Source of the DNA: Chitinophaga pinensis
Lineage (GTDB): Bacteria; Bacteroidota; Bacteroidia; UKL13-3
Assembly: GCA_945870425.1 (NCBI GenBank)
Contig: CAMBSD010000017.1
Span: forward strand, 8,884-72,883
Length of the DNA: 64,000 bases
Reading direction: 5' to 3'
Shown piece after piece: positions 9,201 through 19,256 of this stretch. The stretch's first letter is position 1, and every line of letters starts with the position of its first letter. The notes beneath the pieces are model-generated. The model made no database searches. It worked only from the letters and a program-made list of their open reading frames with translations, and was not told the DNA's origin. Made by a program: the position numbers and the translations under genes.

Positions 9201-10814
9201 GATACAGTGAATTTACAACAGGAAATGGTTAACATCAATAATACTTGGGTACCGATGCAAATGAAAATTTATAGTCATATTAAAGTATTTGGATTTGGTG
9301 CCAATGATGTGAACATGGCAAGCATGAGCAACTACAATCTCAATCGTAGTTTTCCTCCAGGTTTCTTTAGCAACGAAACTTTCAAAATAGATAGAAATGC
9401 CAACCGCAAAGACAGTATGTATTGGAAAACTACTCGAACCATTATGCTTACTTCCGAAGAGGAAAAACACTATGGTAAATCAGATAGTATTTACCAAGCA
9501 CAACATACACCTCACTATTTAGATTCTGTGTCGAGGGTCAGAAATAAAATCACATTTGATAAAATATTTTTGAGCGGATATACCTTTAGCAAGCGTAATG
9601 ATACCCTTAGCAAATCCTTATCATTTGACCCATTGTTATTTGCTTTTGGATTCAATACAGTTGAAGGTTTATACACGAATTTCAATATTAGTTACAGATT
9701 ATTTTCAGGCAGCAGTGAAGAGTACTATTTAGGAAGAGATAGAACCTATCTCACTACCACCTTAAGGTATGGATTTGCAAACCAAAACTTAGCTCCTGGT
9801 ATACAATATTTCAAAACCATAGACAATAGGACAAGTACAAGCATCTCATTCAAAGTTGGACGATTTATTGAGCAATACAACCAAGCAGAACCCATTAGTA
9901 AAATTGTGAATGCTGGCTACACTTTGTTTGATAGAATCAATTACATGAAAGTATTGCAGAAAGATGTGATATCTATTACAGGTAGAAAAGAATTGAGCAA
10001 TGGCTTATATGCCAAAGCAAATGTGCAATTTTATCAAAGAGAAGCCATGGTAAACCATACCGATTATTCTTTTTCTGACAAAGACAAAAGAGCTTATAGT
10101 TCTAATAACCCTAGTAATACATATAGTGACGCACCTGCGTTCAACTCTCACTCTACCTTAGAATATGGCATCTCTTTGCGGTATGTTATCAAACAGAAAT
10201 ATGAAATGTTTCCAAACTTTAAGAATGTTCTTGAATCAAAATACCCTGATTTATATTTCAGTTTCAAAAATGCCATCATGACGGCCAGCAACAACAATAT
10301 GAGCAAATTCAATTATATGTATTTGGAGGCAGGTACTGGAAAAGACATTAACCTAAAATTATTGGGAGAATTGAAATTTGATGTGAATGCAGGAATATTT
10401 CTGTCAACAGACAACATGCTATTTGCCGATTACAAGCATTTCAATGGCAACCAAACCATGTTTTTGCATAACCCTAAAAACTTGAATGCTACGGGTGAGG
10501 AAACAAGGGTTAGATTAACAGGATTTCATGCCTTGAACTATTATCAATTTAGCACCAACGATAAGTTTATTGAGGCACATGCCATGCAAAATTTTAAAGG
10601 TTTCTTAATAGGTAAAGTACCATTATTACGTATGATTCACGCATACGAAGTAGCGGGAGTAAATTTCCTATATACACCCAACCTTACCTACAACGAGTTG
10701 TATTTTGGCTTAAGCAATATCTTAACCTTATTAAGGGTAGATGCAGGAAAAGTAACATCCATAGGAGGCAGTAATGATTGGTTCTTACGTTTTGGAATAG
10801 ATATGGATTTCTAA
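6213..10814 (+). CDS. Fusion: oligopeptidase B (S9A) + carboxypeptidase-regulatory-like domain + DUF5686-type outer-membrane domain
   Basis: Signal peptide; HGDTLRDNYFWLRD, HIRGGREMG, GGSAGGLL (Ser), GYNDAQVGYWEPAKW (Asp), GGHGG (His); then GKVVDEYNEPVIYANV, IIKQAIKKRKEN, YLSES, FVSPIA, GFNTVEG, LLRVD, C-terminal F. Confidence 0.85.
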   Translation: MIKKILLLSVLSLLLLSIATAQENGTPKAEKILHQTIIHGDTLRDNYFWLRDKNSPEVINYLYANNAYADNKMKASSTLQKVLFDEYRSRVKETFDSKPQKNEGYYYYTRNVADKDYPALYRKKDSLSAKEQVVLDLNELSKEYFYFSLQFLNYSPDQSIIAYGVDTKGSLVSTMYFKILDIDSTLKNEKIDSVLSVSWANDNKTIYYTKAEAKTKRSYRLYKHTLGSNPLEDELLYEEPDKTYEIGLKRSSSKKFIIMEASKSQSSEAWYWSADDVRAKPLLFKKREAALLYDINHYEGDEFYIQTNYNALNQQLMKAPINAKSCKEWQVVIPHRSGVLFSGYSLLKNYLIWSEQQNVEQRILIKQRKTNQIDTLKSKITLGSMSFSIEDYDYEKTNEIRYSAETMVTPSEEYNYDLNTKKQTFYNMDSINGKYNPSLYASERVWAKAKDGVMIPITLAYKKGMLKNGNNPLLLSGYGSYGVSSMPDFNQLNISLLDRGFIVATAHIRGGREMGQEWYDDGRMLYKKNTFTDFITCAEHLIAEKYTSTAKLAVEGGSAGGLLMGAVTNMRTDLFKCVIASVPFVDVINTMLDESIPLTTGEFEEWGNPKNKKYYDYMKSYSPYDNVEPKTYPHMLITAGYNDAQVGYWEPAKWVAKLRELKTDTNMLLFKTVMEGGHGGSSGRYNKLIEQAYRTAFVMQCLGVKENYISLKGKVVDEYNEPVIYANVYLEESKIGTTSNQNGEFELKVKEFNNATLVVQSLTYEKQKIKLGLRTRIQNLVIKMKSENIQMKTVTVVANAVDPALGIIKQAIKKRKENYDRVKSFSSDVYMKSNVKLLEVPKNMPFFLKLVANGEVIDSNDLGLVYLSESSAKYYFEKPDNNKEEMMASKVAGQKQGFSWNRVKDVFFNLYEPTIDLSYYSERPFVSPIAPLASLSYKYKFKGSFYIDNKEVNKIEIIPLRKGDPLFQGYIYITSNDYQIYGADLRATKDAQIQFVDTVNLQQEMVNINNTWVPMQMKIYSHIKVFGFGANDVNMASMSNYNLNRSFPPGFFSNETFKIDRNANRKDSMYWKTTRTIMLTSEEEKHYGKSDSIYQAQHTPHYLDSVSRVRNKITFDKIFLSGYTFSKRNDTLSKSLSFDPLLFAFGFNTVEGLYTNFNISYRLFSGSSEEYYLGRDRTYLTTTLRYGFANQNLAPGIQYFKTIDNRTSTSISFKVGRFIEQYNQAEPISKIVNAGYTLFDRINYMKVLQKDVISITGRKELSNGLYAKANVQFYQREAMVNHTDYSFSDKDKRAYSSNNPSNTYSDAPAFNSHSTLEYGISLRYVIKQKYEMFPNFKNVLESKYPDLYFSFKNAIMTASNNNMSKFNYMYLEAGTGKDINLKLLGELKFDVNAGIFLSTDNMLFADYKHFNGNQTMFLHNPKNLNATGEETRVRLTGFHALNYYQFSTNDKFIEAHAMQNFKGFLIGKVPLLRMIHAYEVAGVNFLYTPNLTYNELYFGLSNILTLLRVDAGKVTSIGGSNDWFLRFGIDMDF

Positions 10815-10826
10815 AAAAGTGAATGA

Positions 10827-12809
10827 CTATTTGTTTCCTTTCAGGGGCTTGTACTTTACTATTTTGTGGTACAATTCCTCTGGCTTAAATGGCTTGGTAA
10901 CAAAATCATTCATACCTGCTTCTAAAACCTTTCTTCTTGTTTCTTGGAAGGCGTCAGCAGACAGGGCTATAATTGGGATATTCCTATTCTTTACTTTGGT
11001 ATGCTCAGCCCTGATTACTTCAGTGGCTTCAAAACCACTTAATTCAGGCATTTGCAAATCCATCAAAACTAAATCAAAACTATCGTCTTTTACCAATATT
11101 TCTATAGCCTCTAAACCATTATTGGCAATAGAAATTTCATTATTCCATTTTTTAAAAAACTGTTTAGCCACAAACTGATTCATCAAATTATCTTCTACCA
11201 AAAGAATTTTGATTTCAGATAAATCAAGGATCAAATCTTTCTCTGTTTTATCTTGTTTTTCTATAGCGTCAGCATTCCCAACTTCAAACGGAATTTCAAC
11301 AGTAAAAGTTGTACCGCTGCCTACTTTACTTTTAATATTTATATAACCACCTTGCAGCGCGGTTAAGTTCTTGGTAATGGCCAATCCTAAACCAGTTCCA
11401 CCGAACTTACGTGTAGTATCGGTATAGGCTTGGGTAAAGCTCTCAAAAATCTTGTTTTGCTTGTGTTCGGGCACTCCTATTCCACTGTCTACTATTTCAA
11501 ATACAAGATTTATTTTATCTGATTCTTCGCTTTCATTTATAGATGTTTTAACTTCTACAAAACCTTTCGATGTAAACTTAATGGCATTGCCCACTAAGTT
11601 AAAGAGTATTTGATTTAGGCGGTAAGGATCCCCTTTAATATAATGCGGAATATTTTCAGGCACGGTTACATTAAATTCAAGGCCTTTTTCCTTTGCCCTA
11701 TAATCAAAAGTTTTCTTCAATTCAGCCATTCGAAGGCGCAAATCAAAGTTGATGTTCTCAAAGGTAATTTTACCTGCTTCTATCTTACTAAAATCAAGGA
11801 TATCATTTATAATTACCAAAAGGTTATCAGCAGAATATTTTATAGACTTTAAGTTCTCTAAATTTCCCCCTGTAAAATTCTCTTCTAACAACAATTCTGT
11901 TAAACCTAAAATCGCATTCATAGGTGTACGAATCTCGTGACTCATGTTTGAAAGAAAATCCGACTTAGCTTTGGCTGCAGCAATAGCATCATTACGAGCC
12001 TGCAACAAATCGTGTTCAAATTTTTTCTTTTCGGTAATATCTTGTGAATAAACTGCCACACCTGTTATCTCGTTATTAGCAACATAAATGGGATTGTAAG
12101 TAGTTTCAATATAAACCGCATTGCCCCCCACTTCAAACTCTTCTACTTGCGTAAACTGTTCTCCTTGCAAACTTCTATCAATACTCGCAACAATATTTTC
12201 CCGCTCAGAGTTTTTGAAGTTTATCATAGCAAAATTCATCCCCTCTTTAACATCAGTATTTGTTCTAGATTGTATACTGTTTTTGAAAGTTGAGTTAAAT
12301 GACAATAAATTCAATTGCTTGTCAACAGCATATATTATGCTGGTAGTGCTCTCAAGAATCGCATTAAGTTTATAATTATTAACATTGATTTCTTCTTCAG
12401 CACGTTTGCGTTGGTTCTCAACTTCCCACAAGCGAATGCCCGAAATCACCACTTTTTGAATACTATCTGGTGTGATATCAGATTTAGCGAAATAGTCAAA
12501 AGCACCGCTCTTAATCATTTTCACTGCCACTTTTTCATCTCCCTGAGAAGTTAGAACAGCAACAGGTGTAAGAACATCTTTGTCTCTTATTTTCTTTAGT
12601 AATTGAAGACCATCAATACCTGGTAATTGGTAGTCAAGAAAAATACAATCAAAAACCTCTTTACTTATAACTTCAAGGGTTTCTTGGGCATTTTTACAAA
12701 TATGTAAATTGTATACGAGTCCTGTTTTTTTCAGAGCTCTTTCAAATTGCATGATGTCAACTTCGTCATCATCAATAAGTAGTAGTTTAAATGATGCTTG
12801 ACTATCCAT
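10827..12809 (-). CDS. Hybrid histidine kinase (REC-PAS-HisKA-HATPase-REC)
   Basis: LLLIDDD/FLDYQLP receiver, FLSNMSHEIRTPMN H-box, NLVGNAIKF, FGGTGLGL, C-terminal LMDLQMP receiver. Confidence 0.92.
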   Translation of the reverse strand: MDSQASFKLLLIDDDEVDIMQFERALKKTGLVYNLHICKNAQETLEVISKEVFDCIFLDYQLPGIDGLQLLKKIRDKDVLTPVAVLTSQGDEKVAVKMIKSGAFDYFAKSDITPDSIQKVVISGIRLWEVENQRKRAEEEINVNNYKLNAILESTTSIIYAVDKQLNLLSFNSTFKNSIQSRTNTDVKEGMNFAMINFKNSERENIVASIDRSLQGEQFTQVEEFEVGGNAVYIETTYNPIYVANNEITGVAVYSQDITEKKKFEHDLLQARNDAIAAAKAKSDFLSNMSHEIRTPMNAILGLTELLLEENFTGGNLENLKSIKYSADNLLVIINDILDFSKIEAGKITFENINFDLRLRMAELKKTFDYRAKEKGLEFNVTVPENIPHYIKGDPYRLNQILFNLVGNAIKFTSKGFVEVKTSINESEESDKINLVFEIVDSGIGVPEHKQNKIFESFTQAYTDTTRKFGGTGLGLAITKNLTALQGGYINIKSKVGSGTTFTVEIPFEVGNADAIEKQDKTEKDLILDLSEIKILLVEDNLMNQFVAKQFFKKWNNEISIANNGLEAIEILVKDDSFDLVLMDLQMPELSGFEATEVIRAEHTKVKNRNIPIIALSADAFQETRRKVLEAGMNDFVTKPFKPEELYHKIVKYKPLKGNK

Positions 12810-12830
12810 TATTTACAACATAGGTAAGCA

Positions 12831-13268
12831 TTAAACAGGGAATTCACAAAGTTTCCAGTAATTGCTAAGAGTCGAAACTACGCTCATAAACTGGTCCATA
12901 GAAAGTGGTTTGAGTATATAACCCGCTACGTTTAAGTTATATGCATCAATTTTATCGTTGTCTTCGTTGGATGTAGTCATCACGAAAACACTAATATTTT
13001 TCAGATGATCGTTATTTCTTAATTCTCTTAAAAACTCAATACCACCCATTTTAGGCATATTCAAATCAAGTAGCACAATACGAGGGTAATCATGAGGATT
13101 GGTCTTGTATTCAGAATTTAAAAATTCAAGTGCTTCAATTCCGTTTCCAGCAATGTACAAAGGGTTGGTAACATTATTTTTCTTGAAAGCCCTTTTAACA
13201 TTCATTACATCTACTTCATCGTCTTCTACTAAAAGAATTTTTATAATTTTCTCTTTCATCATAATCAT
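12831..13268 (-). CDS. Single-domain response regulator (Rcp1-like)
   Basis: ILLVEDD, LLDLNMPKMGG, MTTS, YILKP, YW near C-terminus. Confidence 0.9.
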   Translation of the reverse strand: MIMMKEKIIKILLVEDDEVDVMNVKRAFKKNNVTNPLYIAGNGIEALEFLNSEYKTNPHDYPRIVLLDLNMPKMGGIEFLRELRNNDHLKNISVFVMTTSNEDNDKIDAYNLNVAGYILKPLSMDQFMSVVSTLSNYWKLCEFPV

Positions 13269-13347
13269 TTTTCAGATGCAATATATATTTCCATTTTGAG
13301 TAAATCAAAGTGTTAAATACGCAAAATCAGAATGTGGCTAATTTTAG

Positions 13348-15024
13348 TTATTTTTCAACTGAATCTTGCCATGTAAAGTAAAATTTCGCTCCTTTACCTT
13401 TCTCAGATTCCACCCATATTTCACCATTGTTTTCCTCCACAATTTTTTTAGCAATGGCGAGCCCTGCCCCTACGCTTTCAAGCTTATCGCGGGCTTCAAG
13501 GGTTTGAAAAATAGTGAAAATTTTACTGTGGTATTCTGTAGCTATACCTAAACCATTATCAGCAATACAAAATTTGTGTTTCCCATCCACATGTTGATAA
13601 GTAATGTTGATGATCGGCTTAATGACATTAGCATATTTTATAGAGTTGGTCAACAATTCATAAAACACATCCTCTATATCTTTTCGCACCGCATTCACAA
13701 TTGGCAGAGCATCATCAAAGTATATGACATGTTTGCTCGGTGGGTTGATTATACGAAGTAAATTCAACACTAAATCACGCGAATCAACCCATTCTTTTTC
13801 ACCACCCAGTTTACCCGATCGGCTGTATTTCAATAAAGAATTGATAAGTGATTCAAGACGGAGGATTCTACCACGCATTAATTTGAAGTAGCCTTTACTA
13901 TCATCAGTCATTAAGCTACCCATATCTTCTTCAATCCACTCTGAAAGGTTATTAATTCCTCGAAGGGGACTCTTTAAATCATGTGAGGTAATATATGCAA
14001 ACTGGTCCAATTCCTTATTTTTCTTCTCTAAACTAAGTGTATATTTTTCTAATGATTTCTTAGACTCAATCTCCTTCAACATTGAATTTTTCAGATTATT
14101 ACGCATTTCAATCAAAGCTTTGCCCAATTTGTCATTTTTACCTTGAAGTTTCAGTTCTATATCATAATTACCTTTTCCGATGGCATTGGCAATATCTGCC
14201 TTGGCTTTCAGCCCTCTTATCAATGTAACAGTAGATTGTTGAATAATACCAATTTCATCTTTGCGTTGAATTTGCATTTCATAATTAATGATTTGCCCTC
14301 GCCCGACTGCATCTAGCACCTCACTCAGTTCACTTACTGGTTTAATAACAGTACTATTCGTTATCATTAATGAAATAATACTTACCACAACCAAACCAAT
14401 AAGCATGATTACAAGCAAAGAAGATAGTGTGCTATAACTTGCATATTTCTTTTGACTTAATTTTCTTGAAGAGGCAATCACCATCAATTCAACCTCTTCA
14501 ACATTAACATCCAATTTTTTTAGATCACTTTCTATCTCTTTATATATCTTATTGGCAGCATCGAATTTAATAGTGTCTTTATAATCGGCATCTTTTTGCA
14601 GGATCGACATTACTTTTCTTTCCTTTTCAATTATTTTCAGGAAGTCGCCATCCACCTTCACCAACCTTCGTCTTGATTGCTCAAGTTCAGGTTGTTGCAA
14701 TAATTCAATTAAAAATATTTTTCTCTTTCTATACTGTTTATCTAAAATTTTCTGCAGCTTTAATTTTTTATCTTTAGATGGATTGTTAATCCAATCATAG
14801 GTGTATCTGCCCGTTTCAGAAATAATGAACTCTATGTCTCTAGTAGCAGTAATGGCAGGTTCAAAATTATTTGACAACTTAAAGTCAATTTGCTTGGCAT
14901 ATTGAAGTAATAGTATTGCCGAAATACTTGTTATCAGTGCTGTAAAAATAATGGCAAAAAAACTAAGCGCAGTTCTTGTGCTTATTTTTAAGTTTACCAG
15001 CCATTTTTTTACGAATTTAAACAT
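13348..15024 (-). CDS. Membrane sensor histidine kinase (periplasmic helical sensor, HAMP, Cph1-type kinase core)
   Basis: Two TM helices, RKDEIG HAMP, ELDQFAYITSHDLKSPL H-box, DNGLGI, GAGLAIAKKIV. Confidence 0.9.
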   Translation of the reverse strand: MFKFVKKWLVNLKISTRTALSFFAIIFTALITSISAILLLQYAKQIDFKLSNNFEPAITATRDIEFIISETGRYTYDWINNPSKDKKLKLQKILDKQYRKRKIFLIELLQQPELEQSRRRLVKVDGDFLKIIEKERKVMSILQKDADYKDTIKFDAANKIYKEIESDLKKLDVNVEEVELMVIASSRKLSQKKYASYSTLSSLLVIMLIGLVVVSIISLMITNSTVIKPVSELSEVLDAVGRGQIINYEMQIQRKDEIGIIQQSTVTLIRGLKAKADIANAIGKGNYDIELKLQGKNDKLGKALIEMRNNLKNSMLKEIESKKSLEKYTLSLEKKNKELDQFAYITSHDLKSPLRGINNLSEWIEEDMGSLMTDDSKGYFKLMRGRILRLESLINSLLKYSRSGKLGGEKEWVDSRDLVLNLLRIINPPSKHVIYFDDALPIVNAVRKDIEDVFYELLTNSIKYANVIKPIINITYQHVDGKHKFCIADNGLGIATEYHSKIFTIFQTLEARDKLESVGAGLAIAKKIVEENNGEIWVESEKGKGAKFYFTWQDSVEK

Positions 15025-15284
15025 ATTTTTTAGGGTACTAATTTAAGGGCAGATTTCATCCCGCCTGTGCCATATCATTATCAAAACTTAATCCTTTTAT
15101 TTAAATCACTGATTTAAAGACTATTAATTAATTTCTATTTTGGGCAAAATTCCCATTTACAAACAACACTAGCACCAATGTCTAATTTTGATACACCCAA
15201 AACTAAAAAAATACTGTATGCAATTATGTCATATTTAGAAATTAGCACCAACTTTGTTTACTTGCAACCGATAACTATTAAAAA

Positions 15285-15503
15285 ATGAAGTTTATACTTT
15301 ACCTAGCATTGTTTTATTTTGTATTCAAGTTCTTGATTGGAAATTTATTTAAAGTGAAAGCTTACCATTATAACCAAAACAAGGATCAACAATCAAATTT
15401 CGAAAACGATGCAGAACTGAATGTTAACAAAAGCGATAACAATAAATCTGTAAATAAAGATAAAAACATTGGTGAATATGTGGATTTTGAGGAAATAAAA
15501 TAA
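15285..15503 (+). CDS. Small membrane protein (DUF4834-like)
   Basis: N-terminal TM segment and C-terminal GEYVDFEEIK motif typical of this Bacteroidota family. Confidence 0.7.
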   Translation: MKFILYLALFYFVFKFLIGNLFKVKAYHYNQNKDQQSNFENDAELNVNKSDNNKSVNKDKNIGEYVDFEEIK

Positions 15504-15507
15504 CAAG

Positions 15508-16254
15508 ATGGAAAAAACCATTCGTTCGATACTATTTAAAGTTTTAGGTTACCAGTCATATTTATCATGGGTAAGTGATATATACATACGACTTATTAAA
15601 GGAGGAATGCTGAAGGACAAATACCCTGAATTGTTTTACTTACAAAACCTCATAAAGCCAGGCTATACTTGTGTGGACATTGGAGCCAATGTTGGCTACT
15701 ACTCCGTATTTCTCTCAAAATATGCGGGGGTATCTGGCAGGGTATATTCCATTGAACCTGTGCCATTATTTGCCAAAGTATTTCTTAAAAATACTTACAA
15801 GCACGCCTATAATAATATCACCCTTTATCAAACAGCCCTTGGTGCCGAGAGCAAAAAGATAATGATGGGAACACCTACCATTAACGGGGTTTTCAGACAT
15901 GGTTTAACAAAGGTACTTTCTGATGATAACAAGGAAGCAGGCAAAATGCACACATATGAAACGGATATGCGAATTCCTGATGAATTGTTCGCTCCTATTG
16001 AAAAAATCGACTTCATTAAATGTGATGTAGAGGGTTATGAAATATTTGTATTCCCGCATTTAATTAATACTCTCAAAAAGCATTACCCGATAATTCAGAT
16101 CGAAATTTCGGGGGAAGAAAACCGCCAAAAGATGTTTAACATTTTGATGCCATTGGGCTATGAAATATTCAAACTTAAGAACGAAAATTTGTTTCAAATA
16201 TCAGTGGCAGAAGCTATGGAATATGAAGGAGGTGATTTCTATTTTAAGAGATAA
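15508..16254 (+). CDS. FkbM family methyltransferase
   Basis: VDIGANVGYY, IEPV, IKCDVEGYE. Confidence 0.88.
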   Translation: MEKTIRSILFKVLGYQSYLSWVSDIYIRLIKGGMLKDKYPELFYLQNLIKPGYTCVDIGANVGYYSVFLSKYAGVSGRVYSIEPVPLFAKVFLKNTYKHAYNNITLYQTALGAESKKIMMGTPTINGVFRHGLTKVLSDDNKEAGKMHTYETDMRIPDELFAPIEKIDFIKCDVEGYEIFVFPHLINTLKKHYPIIQIEISGEENRQKMFNILMPLGYEIFKLKNENLFQISVAEAMEYEGGDFYFKR

Positions 16255-16330
16255 CTTATATCATTTAAACTGAAATGCGTTGTTAATTCAAGCTAAAGCC
16301 TTTACTTCGTATTCAATAAAACTAAAAACA

Positions 16331-16978
16331 TTGAACAGCTTTTGGGATTTATTTAAACCACAGGAACTTATAGAATTTGGCGGATTGGCTTTAATTCTCA
16401 TCATTATCTTTTTAGAGAATGGGGTTTTCTTTGGCTTTTTCTTACCCGGTGATTCATTGTTATTTACAGCTGGCCTCCTCGCGTATCCTTCAGCTAGTCA
16501 AGTTTTACACATTGAAATTGAAAACCTTATTTTTGGGATTGGTATTGCCGCCATTTGTGGTTATTATTTTGGCTTTTGGTTCGGGCATCGAACGGGAGAG
16601 GCTATTTATAAAAAAAAAGATACCTTTTTCTTCAAACGAAAATATATTGAAACAGCAGAGGTTTTCTATAAAAAATATGGTGGATTGGCATTGATTCTAG
16701 GTAGGTTCTTACCCATTGTGCGCACCTTCGCTCCTATTCTTGCTGGAGTTGTAAAAGTTCGCCCGCAAATTTTCTTCTTGTATAATATTGTAGGCGCATT
16801 ACTTTGGCCAAGTGTAATTGTAACAGCAGGCTATTTTGTTGGTCAATTTGTACCCAATGCTTTGGATTATTTGAATTGGATTGTAATTGCCTTTATTGCT
16901 GTAACTACGATACCAATTGCGAATACTTGGCGCAAGGAACAAATAAGAAAAAAAGCTGAACAATTAGAGAACAAATAA
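16331..16978 (+). CDS. dedA: DedA/VTT family membrane protein
   Basis: FLENG..FGFFLPGDSLLF, GRFLPIVRTFAP; start probably TTG 16331 (ORF track starts 16280). Confidence 0.88.
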   Translation: MNSFWDLFKPQELIEFGGLALILIIIFLENGVFFGFFLPGDSLLFTAGLLAYPSASQVLHIEIENLIFGIGIAAICGYYFGFWFGHRTGEAIYKKKDTFFFKRKYIETAEVFYKKYGGLALILGRFLPIVRTFAPILAGVVKVRPQIFFLYNIVGALLWPSVIVTAGYFVGQFVPNALDYLNWIVIAFIAVTTIPIANTWRKEQIRKKAEQLENK

Positions 16979-16981
16979 CGT

Positions 16982-17659
16982 ATGGTTGAAGGCAAATTAT
17001 ACATCGTTCCAACGCCCATTGGCAATCTTGAAGACATTACAATTAGGGCACTTCGAATACTTAAAGAAGTAGATTTGGTTTTGGCTGAAGACACCCGCCA
17101 AACAGTGAAACTATTTCAACATTATCAAATTCAAAAACCACTTCAATCTTACCACCAACACAACGAGCATAAAGTGTTTCAAAACTTAGTTTCAGAGCTA
17201 AAAAGTGGTAAACAGATTGCCCTTGTAAGCGATGCGGGAACACCTGGTATAAGCGACCCCGGTTTCTTAATCATTCGCGAGTGTGTAAAAGAGGGTATTG
17301 CAGTTGATTGTCTTCCGGGTGCCACTGCCTTTGTGCCCGCTTTGGTAAAAAGCGGTCTCCCATGCGATAGCTTTTGCTTTGAAGGTTTTTTGCCTGAAAA
17401 AAAGGGTAGACAAACCATGCTAAAAAAATTGGCTGAAGAAGAAAGAACAGTGGTATTTTACGAGTCACCTCATCGCATACTCAAAACCATTGCCCAACTT
17501 ATTGAGTTTTTTGGTGCCGATAGACAAGCAAGCATTAGCAGAGAGCTTACTAAGGTATTTGAAGAAACTGTTAATGGCAGCCTTCAACAAATACTAGAAC
17601 ATTTCACCAACGGAACTATTAAAGGAGAATTCGTCATTGTTATCGCAGGTAAAAAATAA
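16982..17659 (+). CDS. rsmI: 16S rRNA (cytidine1402-2'-O)-methyltransferase
   Basis: PTPIGNLEDIT, AEDTR, VSDAGTPGISDPG, YESPHR, RELTK. Confidence 0.96.
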   Translation: MVEGKLYIVPTPIGNLEDITIRALRILKEVDLVLAEDTRQTVKLFQHYQIQKPLQSYHQHNEHKVFQNLVSELKSGKQIALVSDAGTPGISDPGFLIIRECVKEGIAVDCLPGATAFVPALVKSGLPCDSFCFEGFLPEKKGRQTMLKKLAEEERTVVFYESPHRILKTIAQLIEFFGADRQASISRELTKVFEETVNGSLQQILEHFTNGTIKGEFVIVIAGKK

Positions 17660-19256
17660 GCATTTAAAGTACTTTATTTTAAGCGGCACTTCAGCCATAC
17701 TTATGACTTTGGCTTGGCAACCTTTTAAGGTTTTGCCATTCCTATTTTTTGGCTTAATTCCCTTGTTTTATTTAGAGGCAGAGATTCGCAGAAATTACCC
17801 TCATTCCTCCAGACTACTCTTTTTTGCATATGCTTTCTTTTCATTAATGCTATTTAATTCGAGTACTATTTATTGGATTTGGAATGCCTCTCCAGAAGGA
17901 GCCATATCTGCATTCATCATCAATACGCTCATGATGACTTTGCCCCTATTCATATTCCACATTATTCAAACAAGAGAAGGAAACAGCAACAAAATGTGGT
18001 CGTTCATTTTTCTGTGGCTATCCTATGAATGGCTGCATACCAATTGGCAACTTTCTTTCCCTTGGTTAAGCTTAGGTAATGCATTTTCATACATTCCTGT
18101 TTTGGTGCAATGGTACGAATATACAGGTGTTGCAGGAGGCTCGCTATGGGTGTTATTGGTCAATTATAAATTGTACACACTTATTAGCACTTGGAAAGAA
18201 AGAACTCCATCCGACAACTATGGAAAAGTATTTAACCTAACTTTCTTTTATTTGTTCACGCCTATCTTTTTATCTTTATACATTGCTGATGACAGACAAG
18301 AAAAGGAAGCAAGTGCAAAACGACAAATGGCAGATGTGGTATTGGTGCAGCCCAATATCGACCCCTATAAAGATAAGTTTGAAGGAATGACACCCGAGGC
18401 ACAAACGGACAAGATTTTAGCCCTTGCAGAAACACAAATTGATAGCCTAACCCAATTTGTAATGATGCCCGAAACAGCCTTGCTTGGCAGTCTTGAGGAA
18501 GGCAATTTGCAAAATGCCGGAGTATATCAAAAAGTATTAGTCTTTTTAGAAAAGCACCCCAATATTGGCTTGCTTTCAGGTGCTGATACTTATCGTTTTT
18601 ATCAAGGTAGTGTTAAGCCTTCATTAACTGCAAGAAAGTACAGCGATGCCTTGTTTTATGATGTTTATAATACTGCTCTATATATAAGCAAATTTGACTC
18701 TTTGCAGATTTACCACAAAAGCAAATTGGTGCCTGGTGTTGAGCGTATGCCGTATCCTGAAATATTTGGTTTCTTAGAAAAAATTTCTATCAATTTAGGA
18801 GGTACAAGCGGTAGCCTTGCTAGCGACAAAGAAGCCAAGGTGTTTTATACTTATCAAAAAACAAAATTAGCTCCAGTTATCTGCTTCGAATCTGTTTTTC
18901 CTAATTATGTGGCCAGTTATGTAAAAAAAGGTGCTGACATTATCTGCATTATTACCAATGATGGTTGGTGGGGCAATACGCCTGGCTATCGTCAACATTT
19001 CGACTTCGCTCGATTACGAGCCATTGAAAACCGCAGATGGGTAGCCCGCAGCGCCAATACGGGTATCTCAGGTTTCATAGATGATGAAGGCAATATTGTA
19101 AGTCAATCTGAATGGTGGAAGGAAGCTGTTCTCAGGGCTAAAGTGCCTTTGCATAAAGAAGAAACATTCTTTACCCAAAATGGCGACCTTATTGGATTTT
19201 GGGCAATGGCTTTAGGGGTATTTGAAATCTTTAAACTTTTTAGAAAAAAACGTTAA
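17637..19256 (+). CDS. lnt: Apolipoprotein N-acyltransferase
   Basis: TM N-terminus with FPW, QPNI, PET, KSKLVPGVE, ICFES, TNDGWW, RAIENRR, ANTGIS. Confidence 0.92.
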   Translation: MLSQVKNKHLKYFILSGTSAILMTLAWQPFKVLPFLFFGLIPLFYLEAEIRRNYPHSSRLLFFAYAFFSLMLFNSSTIYWIWNASPEGAISAFIINTLMMTLPLFIFHIIQTREGNSNKMWSFIFLWLSYEWLHTNWQLSFPWLSLGNAFSYIPVLVQWYEYTGVAGGSLWVLLVNYKLYTLISTWKERTPSDNYGKVFNLTFFYLFTPIFLSLYIADDRQEKEASAKRQMADVVLVQPNIDPYKDKFEGMTPEAQTDKILALAETQIDSLTQFVMMPETALLGSLEEGNLQNAGVYQKVLVFLEKHPNIGLLSGADTYRFYQGSVKPSLTARKYSDALFYDVYNTALYISKFDSLQIYHKSKLVPGVERMPYPEIFGFLEKISINLGGTSGSLASDKEAKVFYTYQKTKLAPVICFESVFPNYVASYVKKGADIICIITNDGWWGNTPGYRQHFDFARLRAIENRRWVARSANTGISGFIDDEGNIVSQSEWWKEAVLRAKVPLHKEETFFTQNGDLIGFWAMALGVFEIFKLFRKKR

